Shown piece after piece: positions 40,188 through 49,908 of a stretch of DNA of 64,000 bases. The number at the start of each line of letters is the position of its first letter. Position 1 is the stretch's first letter. Source of the stretch: a virus; IMG/VR virus record IMGVR_UViG_3300021368_000004, positions 1-64,000 of that record; one strand, written 5' to 3'. Under the pieces are notes generated by a model. The model saw nothing but the letters and a program-made list of their open reading frames with translations. It was not told the DNA's origin and searched no databases. The translations under genes and the position numbers were made by a program.

Positions 40188-41647
40188 GTCACTCTCGCTC
40201 TCGCAGCTTCTAATTGTGCTGATGATAATGCTGATGCTGATTGTTTACCATTTGTATAAATGTTTTCTTTATTGAATTTATTATATACGTATTGTTGTAC
40301 GTCAAAGCCAGGATCTACTTTACCTTGATTTGATGTATCATTATGTCCCCATGCCTGGCCACCCGGCCATACAGTATAGAATGATTCAACAAACATTGCG
40401 AATGTATTCCATTGTTCTTCAGTAAAGCTATCAGCTGATGCTAATTTATCAGTATTTGCGTTTTTCATACCTGATGGAGTATTGAATCCACCTACAAAAC
40501 AAACACCTATCGAATATCTATTATGGCCATATGCTTTTGAGTGTGCACCCACTAAGTTAAGTGGTCGACCCCGTTGTAACTTACCATCTCTTTGTATTAC
40601 ATAATGATAACCACAACCACTAAATTCCCTATCTAAATGCCATCTATGAATATCTTCAGCAGTGATATTTTGATTTGTATATGTAGCAGACCAATGTGTG
40701 ACAAATTCTGTTATATCACGAGGTGATTCTCTAAATTCAGTTATCAATTCTTCTTTTGATCCTACTATGTCAAATGTATATGCATTGCCATTTGTAGGCG
40801 TATCGCTACCTTCCCAAGACAATTCTTGTTTAGTTAAGTCATAGTCTTGAGTAGTCTTTTTACCAATAGCTTTTTCTGTTGCTGCGTCAAGAACGTTTTT
40901 CTGGCTAATATCTACTGTATTAACTTTTTCTTCAATCTCTGATGCACTAAAGTTTTTAGAATTTTTTTCTAATAATTGAGAAGCTTCTCTCTTTCTATCT
41001 GCTAATAATAATCTTACTGTCTCATCTTTATCACTTTGAGATATGTTAGGCGCTACTTCATCTATGATAGGAAATATGCCTGTTTGTATATTCAGAATAC
41101 AATTAGCAAGTAGCGAGTTAGTAGGTGTGCCTATAATATTATTAAATGAACTATTAAAAGTTGATATTGAACTTGACAAACCAACGTGTTCATCAACACC
41201 TTTATCGATTATCTTATCAATATCATTGACTGATGATTTAGCATCTTCAACTGCAATAGTTTTTAATTCATTTCTATATGTACTTGCACTAGTACTTGTC
41301 ACTGTTGCAAGAGATTGACCGACGGCTTGTGGTGACCCTGATCCGATTACAGTATTCAATCGACCGGCCACTGATCTTGTACCAGTGATAAGATTAATAT
41401 CAGAATCATCTGAATCATTTACACTAGTTGCTGGCAGTATTGTGTCAAGTTGTGCAATAGACGGAGCAACGTTAATATTAGATATGCTCTTGATACCACT
41501 AATAGTCTGATCACTCTCTAGTAATGACTCGGACTGTAGCTTTGTGGTATTAGCAGCCTGTAATGCTTTCTCTCCTACTATAAGAAAATTAGAGTTCTTA
41601 AATGCAGTCAGTAGAGTTAAGTTTATTTCTCGAATATCTACACTCAT
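40184..41647 (-). CDS. N-acetylmuramoyl-L-alanine amidase (Amidase_2, T7 lysozyme-like) with long N-terminal extension
   Basis: VTHWSAT...I..WH..R.FSGCGYHYVI.RDG...GRP...GAH...N..SIGVCFVGG...GHND...K.DPGFDV. Confidence 0.85.
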   Translation of the reverse strand: MSVDIREINLTLLTAFKNSNFLIVGEKALQAANTTKLQSESLLESDQTISGIKSISNINVAPSIAQLDTILPATSVNDSDDSDINLITGTRSVAGRLNTVIGSGSPQAVGQSLATVTSTSASTYRNELKTIAVEDAKSSVNDIDKIIDKGVDEHVGLSSSISTFNSSFNNIIGTPTNSLLANCILNIQTGIFPIIDEVAPNISQSDKDETVRLLLADRKREASQLLEKNSKNFSASEIEEKVNTVDISQKNVLDAATEKAIGKKTTQDYDLTKQELSWEGSDTPTNGNAYTFDIVGSKEELITEFRESPRDITEFVTHWSATYTNQNITAEDIHRWHLDREFSGCGYHYVIQRDGKLQRGRPLNLVGAHSKAYGHNRYSIGVCFVGGFNTPSGMKNANTDKLASADSFTEEQWNTFAMFVESFYTVWPGGQAWGHNDTSNQGKVDPGFDVQQYVYNKFNKENIYTNGKQSASALSSAQLEAARARVT

Positions 41648-42501
41648 CCATAAGTCTCCAATACTCTTTTAGCGGCTGCAATACGTCTATCCAGATGCGG
41701 AACACCTGGCTTTTCATATTTATTGCATATATGTGTAGTCGCTTTATCTACATTAGTCATGGCTTTAAATGTATTATAACCATAATAGTTACCCTCTGTA
41801 GTAAACTCGTAATGAAAGAATTGTAATTGTGTTTCTAATTTACGATAATTTAATTCTCTATCATCAGCATATGCTTGTAGTCTTTGCAATCTACCGGCTG
41901 CAGGGTTCCATTGTGCAATACCAAATGATGCTTCACCCGGAACATTAGATGTAACTTCGGGATCCATACCTGATTCTATTATAAAATTACCACATATCGC
42001 AGAGGCCTGTATTTTTGAGTATCCATTACCTACAAGAAAGTTAAAGGCTTTTTCTGTATTACTATTGCCAATTAAAGTTTGACTTAATCCGTCGACACCT
42101 TTAGGTGGAACATCTCTAGATTCTGTTTCATTCGGTACTTCTGATGCTTCTAGTGCTGGTGCATCAAAATCATCGGGTGGGTATATGTCGTCTGGTCTAA
42201 CTTCAATGCGTGGAATCGATCCCATAATAACTGGCTGTTGTGATAATTGACCATCCATAAAGAATCCGAATACCATTGCACCGGGCTTAAGACCTGGACT
42301 TCGCCCTAATCCACTTACACCATCTTCTGTTGTAGGTACAAGGCACGACGCCCATGGTAATGCAGACTCGGGTACTGCATCAACGTCGTCATTGTGCACA
42401 CCATATATTCTAACTCTGCATCTACCTACATGTAATGGATCGGAATTGCTTTCAACAATACCAATAAACCATCTTAGTGTATCTCCGTAAAATGTATTCA
42501 T
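41644..42501 (-). CDS. gp5: gp5 N-terminal OB-fold fused to a phage tail lysozyme domain
   Basis: WFIGIVE...DPL..GR.RVRI.G.H...LPWA...VFGFF.DG...Q.P.IMGSI; C-terminal A.AI.GN...ESG.DP...GIAQWN..RL...LETQL.F. Confidence 0.85.
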   Translation of the reverse strand: MNTFYGDTLRWFIGIVESNSDPLHVGRCRVRIYGVHNDDVDAVPESALPWASCLVPTTEDGVSGLGRSPGLKPGAMVFGFFMDGQLSQQPVIMGSIPRIEVRPDDIYPPDDFDAPALEASEVPNETESRDVPPKGVDGLSQTLIGNSNTEKAFNFLVGNGYSKIQASAICGNFIIESGMDPEVTSNVPGEASFGIAQWNPAAGRLQRLQAYADDRELNYRKLETQLQFFHYEFTTEGNYYGYNTFKAMTNVDKATTHICNKYEKPGVPHLDRRIAAAKRVLETYG

Positions 42502-43790
42502 AAACTAGTATATCCCTTAGGTCCAACAGCTAGGGTTTTATCTGTGCTATTTGTTAATTTACTACATGTCATTGCTTGGCTGTATTTATTTTCACTAAAC
42601 TTATGCTTTACTTCTAATACGACAAAAGGACCACTTGTAACTTTATCTAAAATATTACCCGGCCGTGGTAAGTTAATCATTATCTGTTCGCCTACAAATA
42701 CTGTATCTTTATAAAAATTCAATACGCCAGGTAATATTATATTAATTTTCTTTTTATCAAGAGCTTTATGCAATGCATTAGATTTCATTTTGTTAACATG
42801 CATTTCTAAATCTTGTTCATCATGATAACCTAATTCATCCATTGTAGTATGATTGACTATTCGATATAATACATTAGGATCATATTGATCTAAAGTTTTT
42901 TCTCTTATTTTAAAATCTTTATTGTATATAGAATCATCTTTTGCATCTAATACTTCTGTAATATTGAATCTATTATTTCTATTACGTCTATTAGTACTTA
43001 AGTTTAAAACATTATATTGATTTTGTACTGCACCATTCATTAACATTTCTGCTGTGTCATTCGTACCAATATCACGCATGTATTCTATATTAGTAAGTTG
43101 AGTTTTTCTATCTGGACTATAGTTTTGTGCATTGCTAAATGTAAAAGGTATTTTATTAATAGGATCAGTCTCTATCATATCTGATAGACTTTTCATTCTA
43201 ATGCTATCTTCTTTAAGTGTTGCATATACAAAGAATGGATAACCATTTCTATCTGACGCTCTTTTACGAATCGTTTCTACAACTGCTAGCGGAGATATAA
43301 ACGGAGATATGTAAGTGAATGCAGACTGTGCAGATGTTTTACCTATCAAGTTTAATTCTTTATCAAACTCTGATGATAATACATTTTTAATAATCTGACT
43401 AGGCGTACCTTGATATGCATTGGATACTTTCTTTAGAACATCTAAAAAGAATATTTCTTCTGCAATGTAAAAATTGTATGCATAACCGGTTTCATCCATT
43501 TTAGTTTTACCGACTGTGCGTGTGATAATAAAATTCTTTTTAAACGTATAGTCATATTCTTGTGCAACTATAGAAAGCTCTAAACGTTCAGTACCATCCA
43601 TTTTCAATTCTTCAAATGCAAATTGTGTATCTACACAAACCATATTGCCTGTAATATATGGAATATTTACTGATTCGTATAATGTTAATTCCATTATAGT
43701 CGCGCTTATATCAAGTTCGATACCTTTTTCGGGTATACTCAATATAACATTATGAAACTGAAATTCACTTTCTGAGGAAACTTGTGACAT
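42498..43790 (-). CDS. Baseplate hub protein (gp27-like)
   Basis: Position between gp53 and gp5; LYES...PYITG..V.D...G.ERL, SG...V..VKH.F. Confidence 0.6.
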   Translation of the reverse strand: MSQVSSESEFQFHNVILSIPEKGIELDISATIMELTLYESVNIPYITGNMVCVDTQFAFEELKMDGTERLELSIVAQEYDYTFKKNFIITRTVGKTKMDETGYAYNFYIAEEIFFLDVLKKVSNAYQGTPSQIIKNVLSSEFDKELNLIGKTSAQSAFTYISPFISPLAVVETIRKRASDRNGYPFFVYATLKEDSIRMKSLSDMIETDPINKIPFTFSNAQNYSPDRKTQLTNIEYMRDIGTNDTAEMLMNGAVQNQYNVLNLSTNRRNRNNRFNITEVLDAKDDSIYNKDFKIREKTLDQYDPNVLYRIVNHTTMDELGYHDEQDLEMHVNKMKSNALHKALDKKKINIILPGVLNFYKDTVFVGEQIMINLPRPGNILDKVTSGPFVVLEVKHKFSENKYSQAMTCSKLTNSTDKTLAVGPKGYTSL

Positions 43791-43791
43791 A

Positions 43792-44523
43792 TTATCTCAA
43801 TGCTTTGTTAAATTCTGAATATATTTGTCCTATAACATCAGGTCTAATTATTTTAATTCTTTTGCGATTCTCATTTTCTGCAATAAATCGTTCTGAAAAT
43901 GTAACAGGAGTTACGACAGACGGTGCAGCTTGTAATGGATCTATATCTACATAATTTCCATTTGCATCTTCATAATGATGCACTGCATTATATTGCTTAC
44001 CAGCGAATTGTACGTTAATAGTATCAGGATTAAAGAAACCAAATCCAGCTTCAACAACCTCAGCAGCTTGAAAATCAAATGAATTTTCTACATCAACTAT
44101 AATTTGTCCTAAGTCAGGATGTGTTTGTACAATATTTCCAAATGCGCCACTCTTTTTACCAGTAGCACGGTTACCTATTTTAAAATCACCCTTGAACCAA
44201 TTATCAAATGTACGAATAAATTGGTGAGGATAATACTTACCCATCTGTTCAAATACTTCTTGAGCAGTTAAAGGCCATCCTTCTTCTTTTATTTTATCGT
44301 TAATATAATAAAATAACCAGTAATATCTAATATCTCCGTAAAGACGGTATGAAAGAATATCAGGTCTGTCTCCGTCTAATATAGTATAATCTGTATAAAT
44401 CGTGATATCATCTTTTACTTGATCGATTATATCTACATATGTACCAAGGTTTTGTGCAACAACTGGATCTAATTCGTTGCCGAATCTATATAATACTTTA
44501 GGATAATTTCTGAAATGTGGCAT
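43792..44523 (-). CDS. gp53: Baseplate wedge subunit gp53
   Basis: F.NYP...Y, Y.I.DGDRPD.LS..LYGD..YYW....N...WPL, ENE.RKRIKIIRP. Confidence 0.85.
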   Translation of the reverse strand: MPHFRNYPKVLYRFGNELDPVVAQNLGTYVDIIDQVKDDITIYTDYTILDGDRPDILSYRLYGDIRYYWLFYYINDKIKEEGWPLTAQEVFEQMGKYYPHQFIRTFDNWFKGDFKIGNRATGKKSGAFGNIVQTHPDLGQIIVDVENSFDFQAAEVVEAGFGFFNPDTINVQFAGKQYNAVHHYEDANGNYVDIDPLQAAPSVVTPVTFSERFIAENENRKRIKIIRPDVIGQIYSEFNKALR

Positions 44524-45647
44524 TATTCAAAATCTCCCATTATATCATCAGATGCTAATGCTGATGTTTTATTTAAATAATCTCTTTCTATTAATATGTC
44601 ATGTTTGTTAAGTGGTCTATATTCGATAAACTTTAAAGACATTGTAGCATCGTGATATTTACCATTATCATAAAACGACATTGCAGTTGTATTATATGTT
44701 ACATCGACCGCCTGCAAATATGCTGGCAAAAATCTAGTTATAATCGGTAATATACGACCATCTTCAGATGTATATGTTGCTTCAATAGTCATTAGATTAG
44801 GAAATCTATATGCTAAAGAAACTCCAGTATCACCTGCTCCTAATTCAACAGGTAATTGTTCCATTCTAAAAAAGTCAATTATGTTTTCTATAGCTATAGA
44901 TTCTTCTTCACTAGTAGGGATCATTTGAAATGTAAATGACCATTCTCTAATATTCACTTGTTTAAATATAGATCTTGTATTTGGACTCACCTGAATACGT
45001 GTAGCATTAGTTACACCTAATCCTGCAGACGTATTAAGTTTACTCACTAATCGATTAGCAAGAAGAGATCCAAACTCTCCACTTACATTACCTGCCATCA
45101 TATCTCCAATACCACCTAATCCAGCAGATAATGCAGAACCCGCAATACTTGCTAAACTGCCAGTTCCACCCATAATTGCAGCAGACACTGCACCGCCTAT
45201 AGGACCAAGATTTTCTGGTCCGACAGCTACGTTTTCCATTTGTTGTACATTCATAGGTAAAAATAAAGATACGTGTCTATCTTCTAAATCACCAAAATAA
45301 TCACTATTCTTACCTGTTCTTATAATAGGTTCTAAACCACGAACAGGATTTGCTTCACCTGCATTAGGTCCATCTGGCGATAAATCTGGAGTTTGTTCAT
45401 CAGTTTTTTTCTTTATAGCTGTAAAATCTTTAAGATTATCGACTAATGCAGTACCTACATTTTCTAATATTTCAGATAAATCTGTATCACCTAGAAAACT
45501 ACTAACAGTTTGGCCATTTACTTTCATTGGTTGAAAATGCAATGAAGCTCTATAATTAGATTCATTAAGCATTCCTAGTGATACGTTCGGCGGAAACTCG
45601 TACCAATACTTTGCACCTTCAGTTATTTTTTCTCTGTGTGGAGGCAT
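44523..45647 (-). CDS. gp48: Baseplate tail-tube cap gp48-like
   Basis: LFLP, PN...IFK.V..R.W.FTF.M.P.S.EE...I..II.FFR...P, L..VDV.Y, LKF.E. Confidence 0.75.
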   Translation of the reverse strand: MPPHREKITEGAKYWYEFPPNVSLGMLNESNYRASLHFQPMKVNGQTVSSFLGDTDLSEILENVGTALVDNLKDFTAIKKKTDEQTPDLSPDGPNAGEANPVRGLEPIIRTGKNSDYFGDLEDRHVSLFLPMNVQQMENVAVGPENLGPIGGAVSAAIMGGTGSLASIAGSALSAGLGGIGDMMAGNVSGEFGSLLANRLVSKLNTSAGLGVTNATRIQVSPNTRSIFKQVNIREWSFTFQMIPTSEEESIAIENIIDFFRMEQLPVELGAGDTGVSLAYRFPNLMTIEATYTSEDGRILPIITRFLPAYLQAVDVTYNTTAMSFYDNGKYHDATMSLKFIEYRPLNKHDILIERDYLNKTSALASDDIMGDFE

Positions 45648-45657
45648 ACTAATATCC

Positions 45658-45665
45658 TATAAATA
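45658..45665 (+). promoter_or_regulatory. T4-type late promoter for gp4
   Basis: TATAAATA on + upstream of ATG 45694. Confidence 0.75.
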
Positions 45666-45676
45666 AACATTTACAC

Positions 45677-45684
45677 TATTTATA
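45677..45684 (-). promoter_or_regulatory. T4-type late promoter for the gp48 operon
   Basis: TATAAATA on - upstream of ATG 45647. Confidence 0.75.
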
Positions 45685-45693
45685 ACAATTTTC

Positions 45694-46176
45694 ATGGCGT
45701 ACTCTGGAAAATTCAAACCTAAAAATCCTAAGAAGTATAAAGGCGACTTCACTAACATTGTTTTTAGATCGATGTGGGAGAAATATTGTTTTAAATGGTG
45801 TGATGAGAATGCAGATGTGAAATCATGGTCTAGTGAAGAGACTGTGATACCATACCTATATGAAGTAGATAAGAAGTATCATCGGTACTTCATGGACCTT
45901 AAGATTACATTTAAATCAGGCCAAACAATCCTTGTAGAAATTAAACCATCAAATCAGACCGTACCGCCCGTGTACCCGGGTAGGAAGACAAAGAGATATA
46001 TCAGTGAAGGTCTAACATATGTGAAGAATCAAAACAAATGGAAAGCTGCACAACGATATGCAAAAGACCGTGGTTATGGTTTTCAGATATGGACTGAACA
46101 TACTCTTGAAAAGATGGGAATCATGCCAAAGTCTAGTAAACCACTTAAACCATATACACGCAAAAAACGTGTATAA
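45694..46176 (+). CDS. gp4: Head completion nuclease gp4
   Basis: MAYSGKFKPKNPKKYKGD..NI..RS.WE, WSSEE..IPY...D.K.HRYF.D, LVEIKP, NQ.KWKAA. Confidence 0.92.
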   Translation: MAYSGKFKPKNPKKYKGDFTNIVFRSMWEKYCFKWCDENADVKSWSSEETVIPYLYEVDKKYHRYFMDLKITFKSGQTILVEIKPSNQTVPPVYPGRKTKRYISEGLTYVKNQNKWKAAQRYAKDRGYGFQIWTEHTLEKMGIMPKSSKPLKPYTRKKRV

Positions 46177-46179
46177 ATA
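46172..46179 (+). promoter_or_regulatory. T4-type late promoter TATAAATA ahead of gp2
   Basis: Exact consensus overlapping the gp4 stop codon. Confidence 0.6.
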
Positions 46180-46184
46180 GATGC

Positions 46185-46730
46185 ATGGCGACAAGTAATT
46201 TATTTTCAGATTTAGAGATTGCAGCATTCCGTGCAGGTATAACACCACGGACAAAAGAATCTATTGCATGGTTTAGAAAGAAAGCTACTCAATTAGGTAC
46301 AGTAACTGGCGGTTCTATCTTTAGAGATGAACAAGTAAAGATGCGAGCTTCTCTAAGAAATCCAGTAGGTAACATGTATATGTTCTATTATAATGCAAAA
46401 TATAGAAATACATTGCCATACTTTGATGCGTTTCCACTTGTTGTAATAACATCGCTTGCCGAAGGTGGTTTCTATGGTTTAAACTTACATTATCTACCAC
46501 CTGTTATGAGAGCTAAAGCACTCAATGGATTGTTGGGTAGTGACGGTTTACCAGCAAAATATTACAAACCTACTATACATAGATACTTAACATCACAAGT
46601 ACGTAGTAAGTTTGCATTAATTGATAAACCAGAATGGGAAATAGCCACGTTTTTACCAGCAGCACAATGGAGAGGTGCAGGTGTTGGTAAAGTATATCAA
46701 GATTCAAGGAGCAAAGTAAGAAATGGCTAG
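46185..46730 (+). CDS. gp2: DNA end protector gp2
   Basis: G.MYMFYY..KY..TLPYFD.FPLV...GF.GLNLHYLPP..R...YL...VRS. Confidence 0.9.
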   Translation: MATSNLFSDLEIAAFRAGITPRTKESIAWFRKKATQLGTVTGGSIFRDEQVKMRASLRNPVGNMYMFYYNAKYRNTLPYFDAFPLVVITSLAEGGFYGLNLHYLPPVMRAKALNGLLGSDGLPAKYYKPTIHRYLTSQVRSKFALIDKPEWEIATFLPAAQWRGAGVGKVYQDSRSKVRNG

Positions 46731-47367
46731 CATAAATGAAATTAAAGCGTTAGCATCTCGTAAGGGTGGTTTCGCGCAATCAAGTCAATTTTTAGTAAAG
46801 CTTCCAGATATTGGTTTCTATAACACAAGAGATTTGAATATACTTTGTAAAAATGTAGTTCTGCCAGGTAGACAGATATTAACAAGTGACAGAGTCATAG
46901 GTGTTAAGCAAACTAAAGTTGCATATGGATTTGCAACAGGACCCGTAAGTATGACATTTCAAGTGTTAAATGATTATGGTGTAAAAGAATATTTTGAACT
47001 ATGGCAAAATAGAATAATTAATAATGGAAATTATGCACCAACATATAAAAATACATATGCACGAGATATGCAAATCGTACAATTAAAAAAAGGTGTGGGA
47101 TTTGATACAGACTTACAACTGGGTCCATTCAGACTAGACATAGATTTATTCAAGAGCGCTAATGTTGTATATGAATGTACACTTTTAAATGCATTTCCAA
47201 CTTCTATGGTTGATATAGCATTATCTAATGAAAATGGATTAGTCGAATTAACAATGGAATTTGAATATGATAATTGGAAGAGTGCTAGGTTCTACAATGA
47301 TGCTAGTACTCAAAACTTAAGACTATTAGGAACCCTAATAAATACGGTTAATAATATTGTAAATTAA
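46723..47367 (+). CDS. gp54: Tail tube-like baseplate junction protein (gp54/gp19 family)
   Basis: GG.A....F.V, LC..V.LPGR, YG...V.MTF, YF..WQ, L.NAFP, F.Y..W. Confidence 0.65.
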   Translation: MASINEIKALASRKGGFAQSSQFLVKLPDIGFYNTRDLNILCKNVVLPGRQILTSDRVIGVKQTKVAYGFATGPVSMTFQVLNDYGVKEYFELWQNRIINNGNYAPTYKNTYARDMQIVQLKKGVGFDTDLQLGPFRLDIDLFKSANVVYECTLLNAFPTSMVDIALSNENGLVELTMEFEYDNWKSARFYNDASTQNLRLLGTLINTVNNIVN

Positions 47368-47379
47368 TGAGGTTATATT

Positions 47380-48084
47380 ATGGCACTGCCAAAACTGAAT
47401 GATACGCCTAAGTATAGCGTAGATATACCATCAATGAAGAAAACGGTTAAGTTCAGACCGTTCTTAGTGAAAGAAGAAAAAGTTTTATTATTGGCAATGG
47501 AATCTGATGAAGAAGATCAGGTACTCGGAGCAATAATGGATACTATTGAATCATGTATTATGGACGATATCAATATCACTCAACTAACTACATATGATAT
47601 TGAATATTTGTTTACAAAGATACGTGGTAAATCAGTAGGTGAAACAACTAGAGTTAAACTTAAATGCGAGACTTGTGAAACAGAGAACGAGGTTGTGATC
47701 CCACTAGATGAAATTAAAGTAATTGGAGATGATGTAGATCCAATTATTGAACTACAACCTGGTATGCAACTTGAAATGAGACATCCAGCTTATTATGAAT
47801 TAAAGAATGACGAACATATTCAATCAGGTGAAACAGCTGCGGCTACATTCGCTATGATTAGGCATTGTCTAAAGGCTATAAAAACTGAAGATAGTATTAT
47901 AAACTTGAAGGATGAGCCAACTAAAGATGTGGATGATTTTATTGAGAGTATGAATACAGAACAATTTGAAAAGGTCAGAGAGTTTGTAGAAACAATACCG
48001 GCCATGAAACATGATGTAGAATTTAATTGCTCATGCGGGCATCATAATAAAATAGAATTGAAAGGAATGCAATCTTTTTTCTAG
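47380..48084 (+). CDS. gp26: Baseplate hub assembly chaperone gp26
   Basis: MALPKL..P.Y...IPS....KFRPFLVKEEK.LL.A.ES, DIEYLF.KIRGKSVGE, two Cys pairs, C-terminal G.QSFF. Confidence 0.9.
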   Translation: MALPKLNDTPKYSVDIPSMKKTVKFRPFLVKEEKVLLLAMESDEEDQVLGAIMDTIESCIMDDINITQLTTYDIEYLFTKIRGKSVGETTRVKLKCETCETENEVVIPLDEIKVIGDDVDPIIELQPGMQLEMRHPAYYELKNDEHIQSGETAAATFAMIRHCLKAIKTEDSIINLKDEPTKDVDDFIESMNTEQFEKVREFVETIPAMKHDVEFNCSCGHHNKIELKGMQSFF

Positions 48085-48272
48085 TGTGTCTATCTCACAC
48101 GAGCCTGTTAGATTACTACAACACGGTATTTCAACTAATGCAACATCATAAGTATTCGTTGAGTGAGATAGACGGAATGATACCATGGGAAAAAGATGTG
48201 TACATTAGTATGTTAGCTGAATTTATAAGAGAACAAAAAGAAGAAATGAATAGGCAAAAATACAATGGTTAA
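48084..48272 (+). CDS. gp51: Baseplate hub assembly protein gp51
   Basis: L..YY...FQLMQHHKYSL.EI..MIPWE.D.Y..ML; weak GTG start (see frameshift finding). Confidence 0.85.
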   Translation: MCLSHTSLLDYYNTVFQLMQHHKYSLSEIDGMIPWEKDVYISMLAEFIREQKEEMNRQKYNG

Positions 48273-49908
48273 AACAACATCACAAGGACCTGAAACAAGA
48301 TTTGGCACTCTGTCAAATGTTGTAGATCAGCTAAAACAAACTAATCAGCTTTTAGATAAACAAGGTTCAGCTCTCATTAATTTTATAAAAAGTCAGGAAA
48401 AAACAAAAGCTTTAGCTTCTAAAGATGCTTTAGAATCTGGTAGAGAAGGAAGAGCCGGTGGTGGAAGAATGATGGGTGCAGGCCGAGCTATTTTAAGAGG
48501 CGGGGCCGAAATGACAGGTCTACCTGCATTAGGCAGAGGCTTAGGTATGTTACTAGCTCCTATCACAGCTGGTATCGGATTCATATTAAAGCCATTAAAA
48601 TTTTTAGGTAAACTTTTAATAAAAGGTGGACCTATAGGATTATTAATAACTGGTATGTATCTATTTTTTAAAGATATAGCAGAAAATCCTACGTTTAATA
48701 AAGTCATAGAAAATCTAAAAACAACTTGGAATGACAGTATTGTTCCAACATTTACAAGTATAAAAGAATCTGTAGATGCAATATTAAGTAATGACGGCGT
48801 AAAAGATGCATTTGAATCTATAAAAAAATGGTTTGTTAATTTTAAAACACAGATTCAAGACTGGGTTTTAGTTAACCTTGAAATCATTACAAATACTATA
48901 GCAGGTGTTCTAAAAGGCGTAGATGATCTATTAAAAGGTGATTGGAAAGCCGGAATCAGTAAAATAGGTAAATCACTATTTAACGGCATCAAAAATTTCT
49001 TCGATAATGCTATGACTAACATATTAGAATTATTTGGCATAGACTTTGGGGAGGGAGGATCTTTCCTAACTAGTGCAGAGGGTATTATCAATACATTACT
49101 TATTAATATGCTTTCTAAATTTAATGATTTTAAACAAGGCATTAAAGATAGTTTTGCTTCTATGATTAATTTCTTTGTAGGAGAAAACGGTTATGTAATG
49201 ACTACTATTACTAGTATGAAGCTTAGTATTACTAATAAGTGGAATTCATTTAAAGAAACTGTCGTATCTACATGGCAAAGAATGGTAGAAGACGTAAAGA
49301 CTGCATTCACGGATGCAGTAGATAATATAATCTTAAAAAACGTGGCTAAAATTGTAGGTTTAAAAGATGGTATGATTGAGAAGTGGGGTGAAATAAAAGA
49401 TAGTTTAATGGAATCTATAGGTGCCGTAGCTATGTGGTTTAAATTTAAACCAAGAGAATTAGGTCTTTTATTAGAAGAAAAATGGGTTGAGACTAAAGGT
49501 GTATTTTTAGAAAAACTAGCTTCATTTGCTGGCACAATCCAAGCAATTCCTTCTCAATTAAAATTAGCGTTATTAGAAAATCTCAAAGAAACTCCATTAC
49601 TAGGAGGATTAGTAACTGATAATATGTTAGCTAATGCTCGAGCAAATGTTGATAGTGGAAAAGGTTTTGCTGAAATGCTTATAGCAGATCAAAGGTCTAA
49701 AACCCAAGAGGAATTGAAAAGAATACAAAAAGATCGTATTGCTTTAGGAATGGAAAAGATAAGAGCTGAAAGAGCTATGACGACTGTTTTACAACAAAAT
49801 ACTGGTGGAACAACAGTTAATACAACTAATTTAAATCCTAATTCAGGATCGGTAGCTGACCCATACGCATCAAGCTATATGGGTCATGCATTACCTGGAG
49901 CTTTTTAG
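48265..49908 (+). CDS. Probable tape measure protein (gp29-like)
   Basis: Helical with a hydrophobic G/L/P stretch and periodic W/F; immediately after gp26/gp51. Confidence 0.65.
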   Translation: MVKTTSQGPETRFGTLSNVVDQLKQTNQLLDKQGSALINFIKSQEKTKALASKDALESGREGRAGGGRMMGAGRAILRGGAEMTGLPALGRGLGMLLAPITAGIGFILKPLKFLGKLLIKGGPIGLLITGMYLFFKDIAENPTFNKVIENLKTTWNDSIVPTFTSIKESVDAILSNDGVKDAFESIKKWFVNFKTQIQDWVLVNLEIITNTIAGVLKGVDDLLKGDWKAGISKIGKSLFNGIKNFFDNAMTNILELFGIDFGEGGSFLTSAEGIINTLLINMLSKFNDFKQGIKDSFASMINFFVGENGYVMTTITSMKLSITNKWNSFKETVVSTWQRMVEDVKTAFTDAVDNIILKNVAKIVGLKDGMIEKWGEIKDSLMESIGAVAMWFKFKPRELGLLLEEKWVETKGVFLEKLASFAGTIQAIPSQLKLALLENLKETPLLGGLVTDNMLANARANVDSGKGFAEMLIADQRSKTQEELKRIQKDRIALGMEKIRAERAMTTVLQQNTGGTTVNTTNLNPNSGSVADPYASSYMGHALPGAF

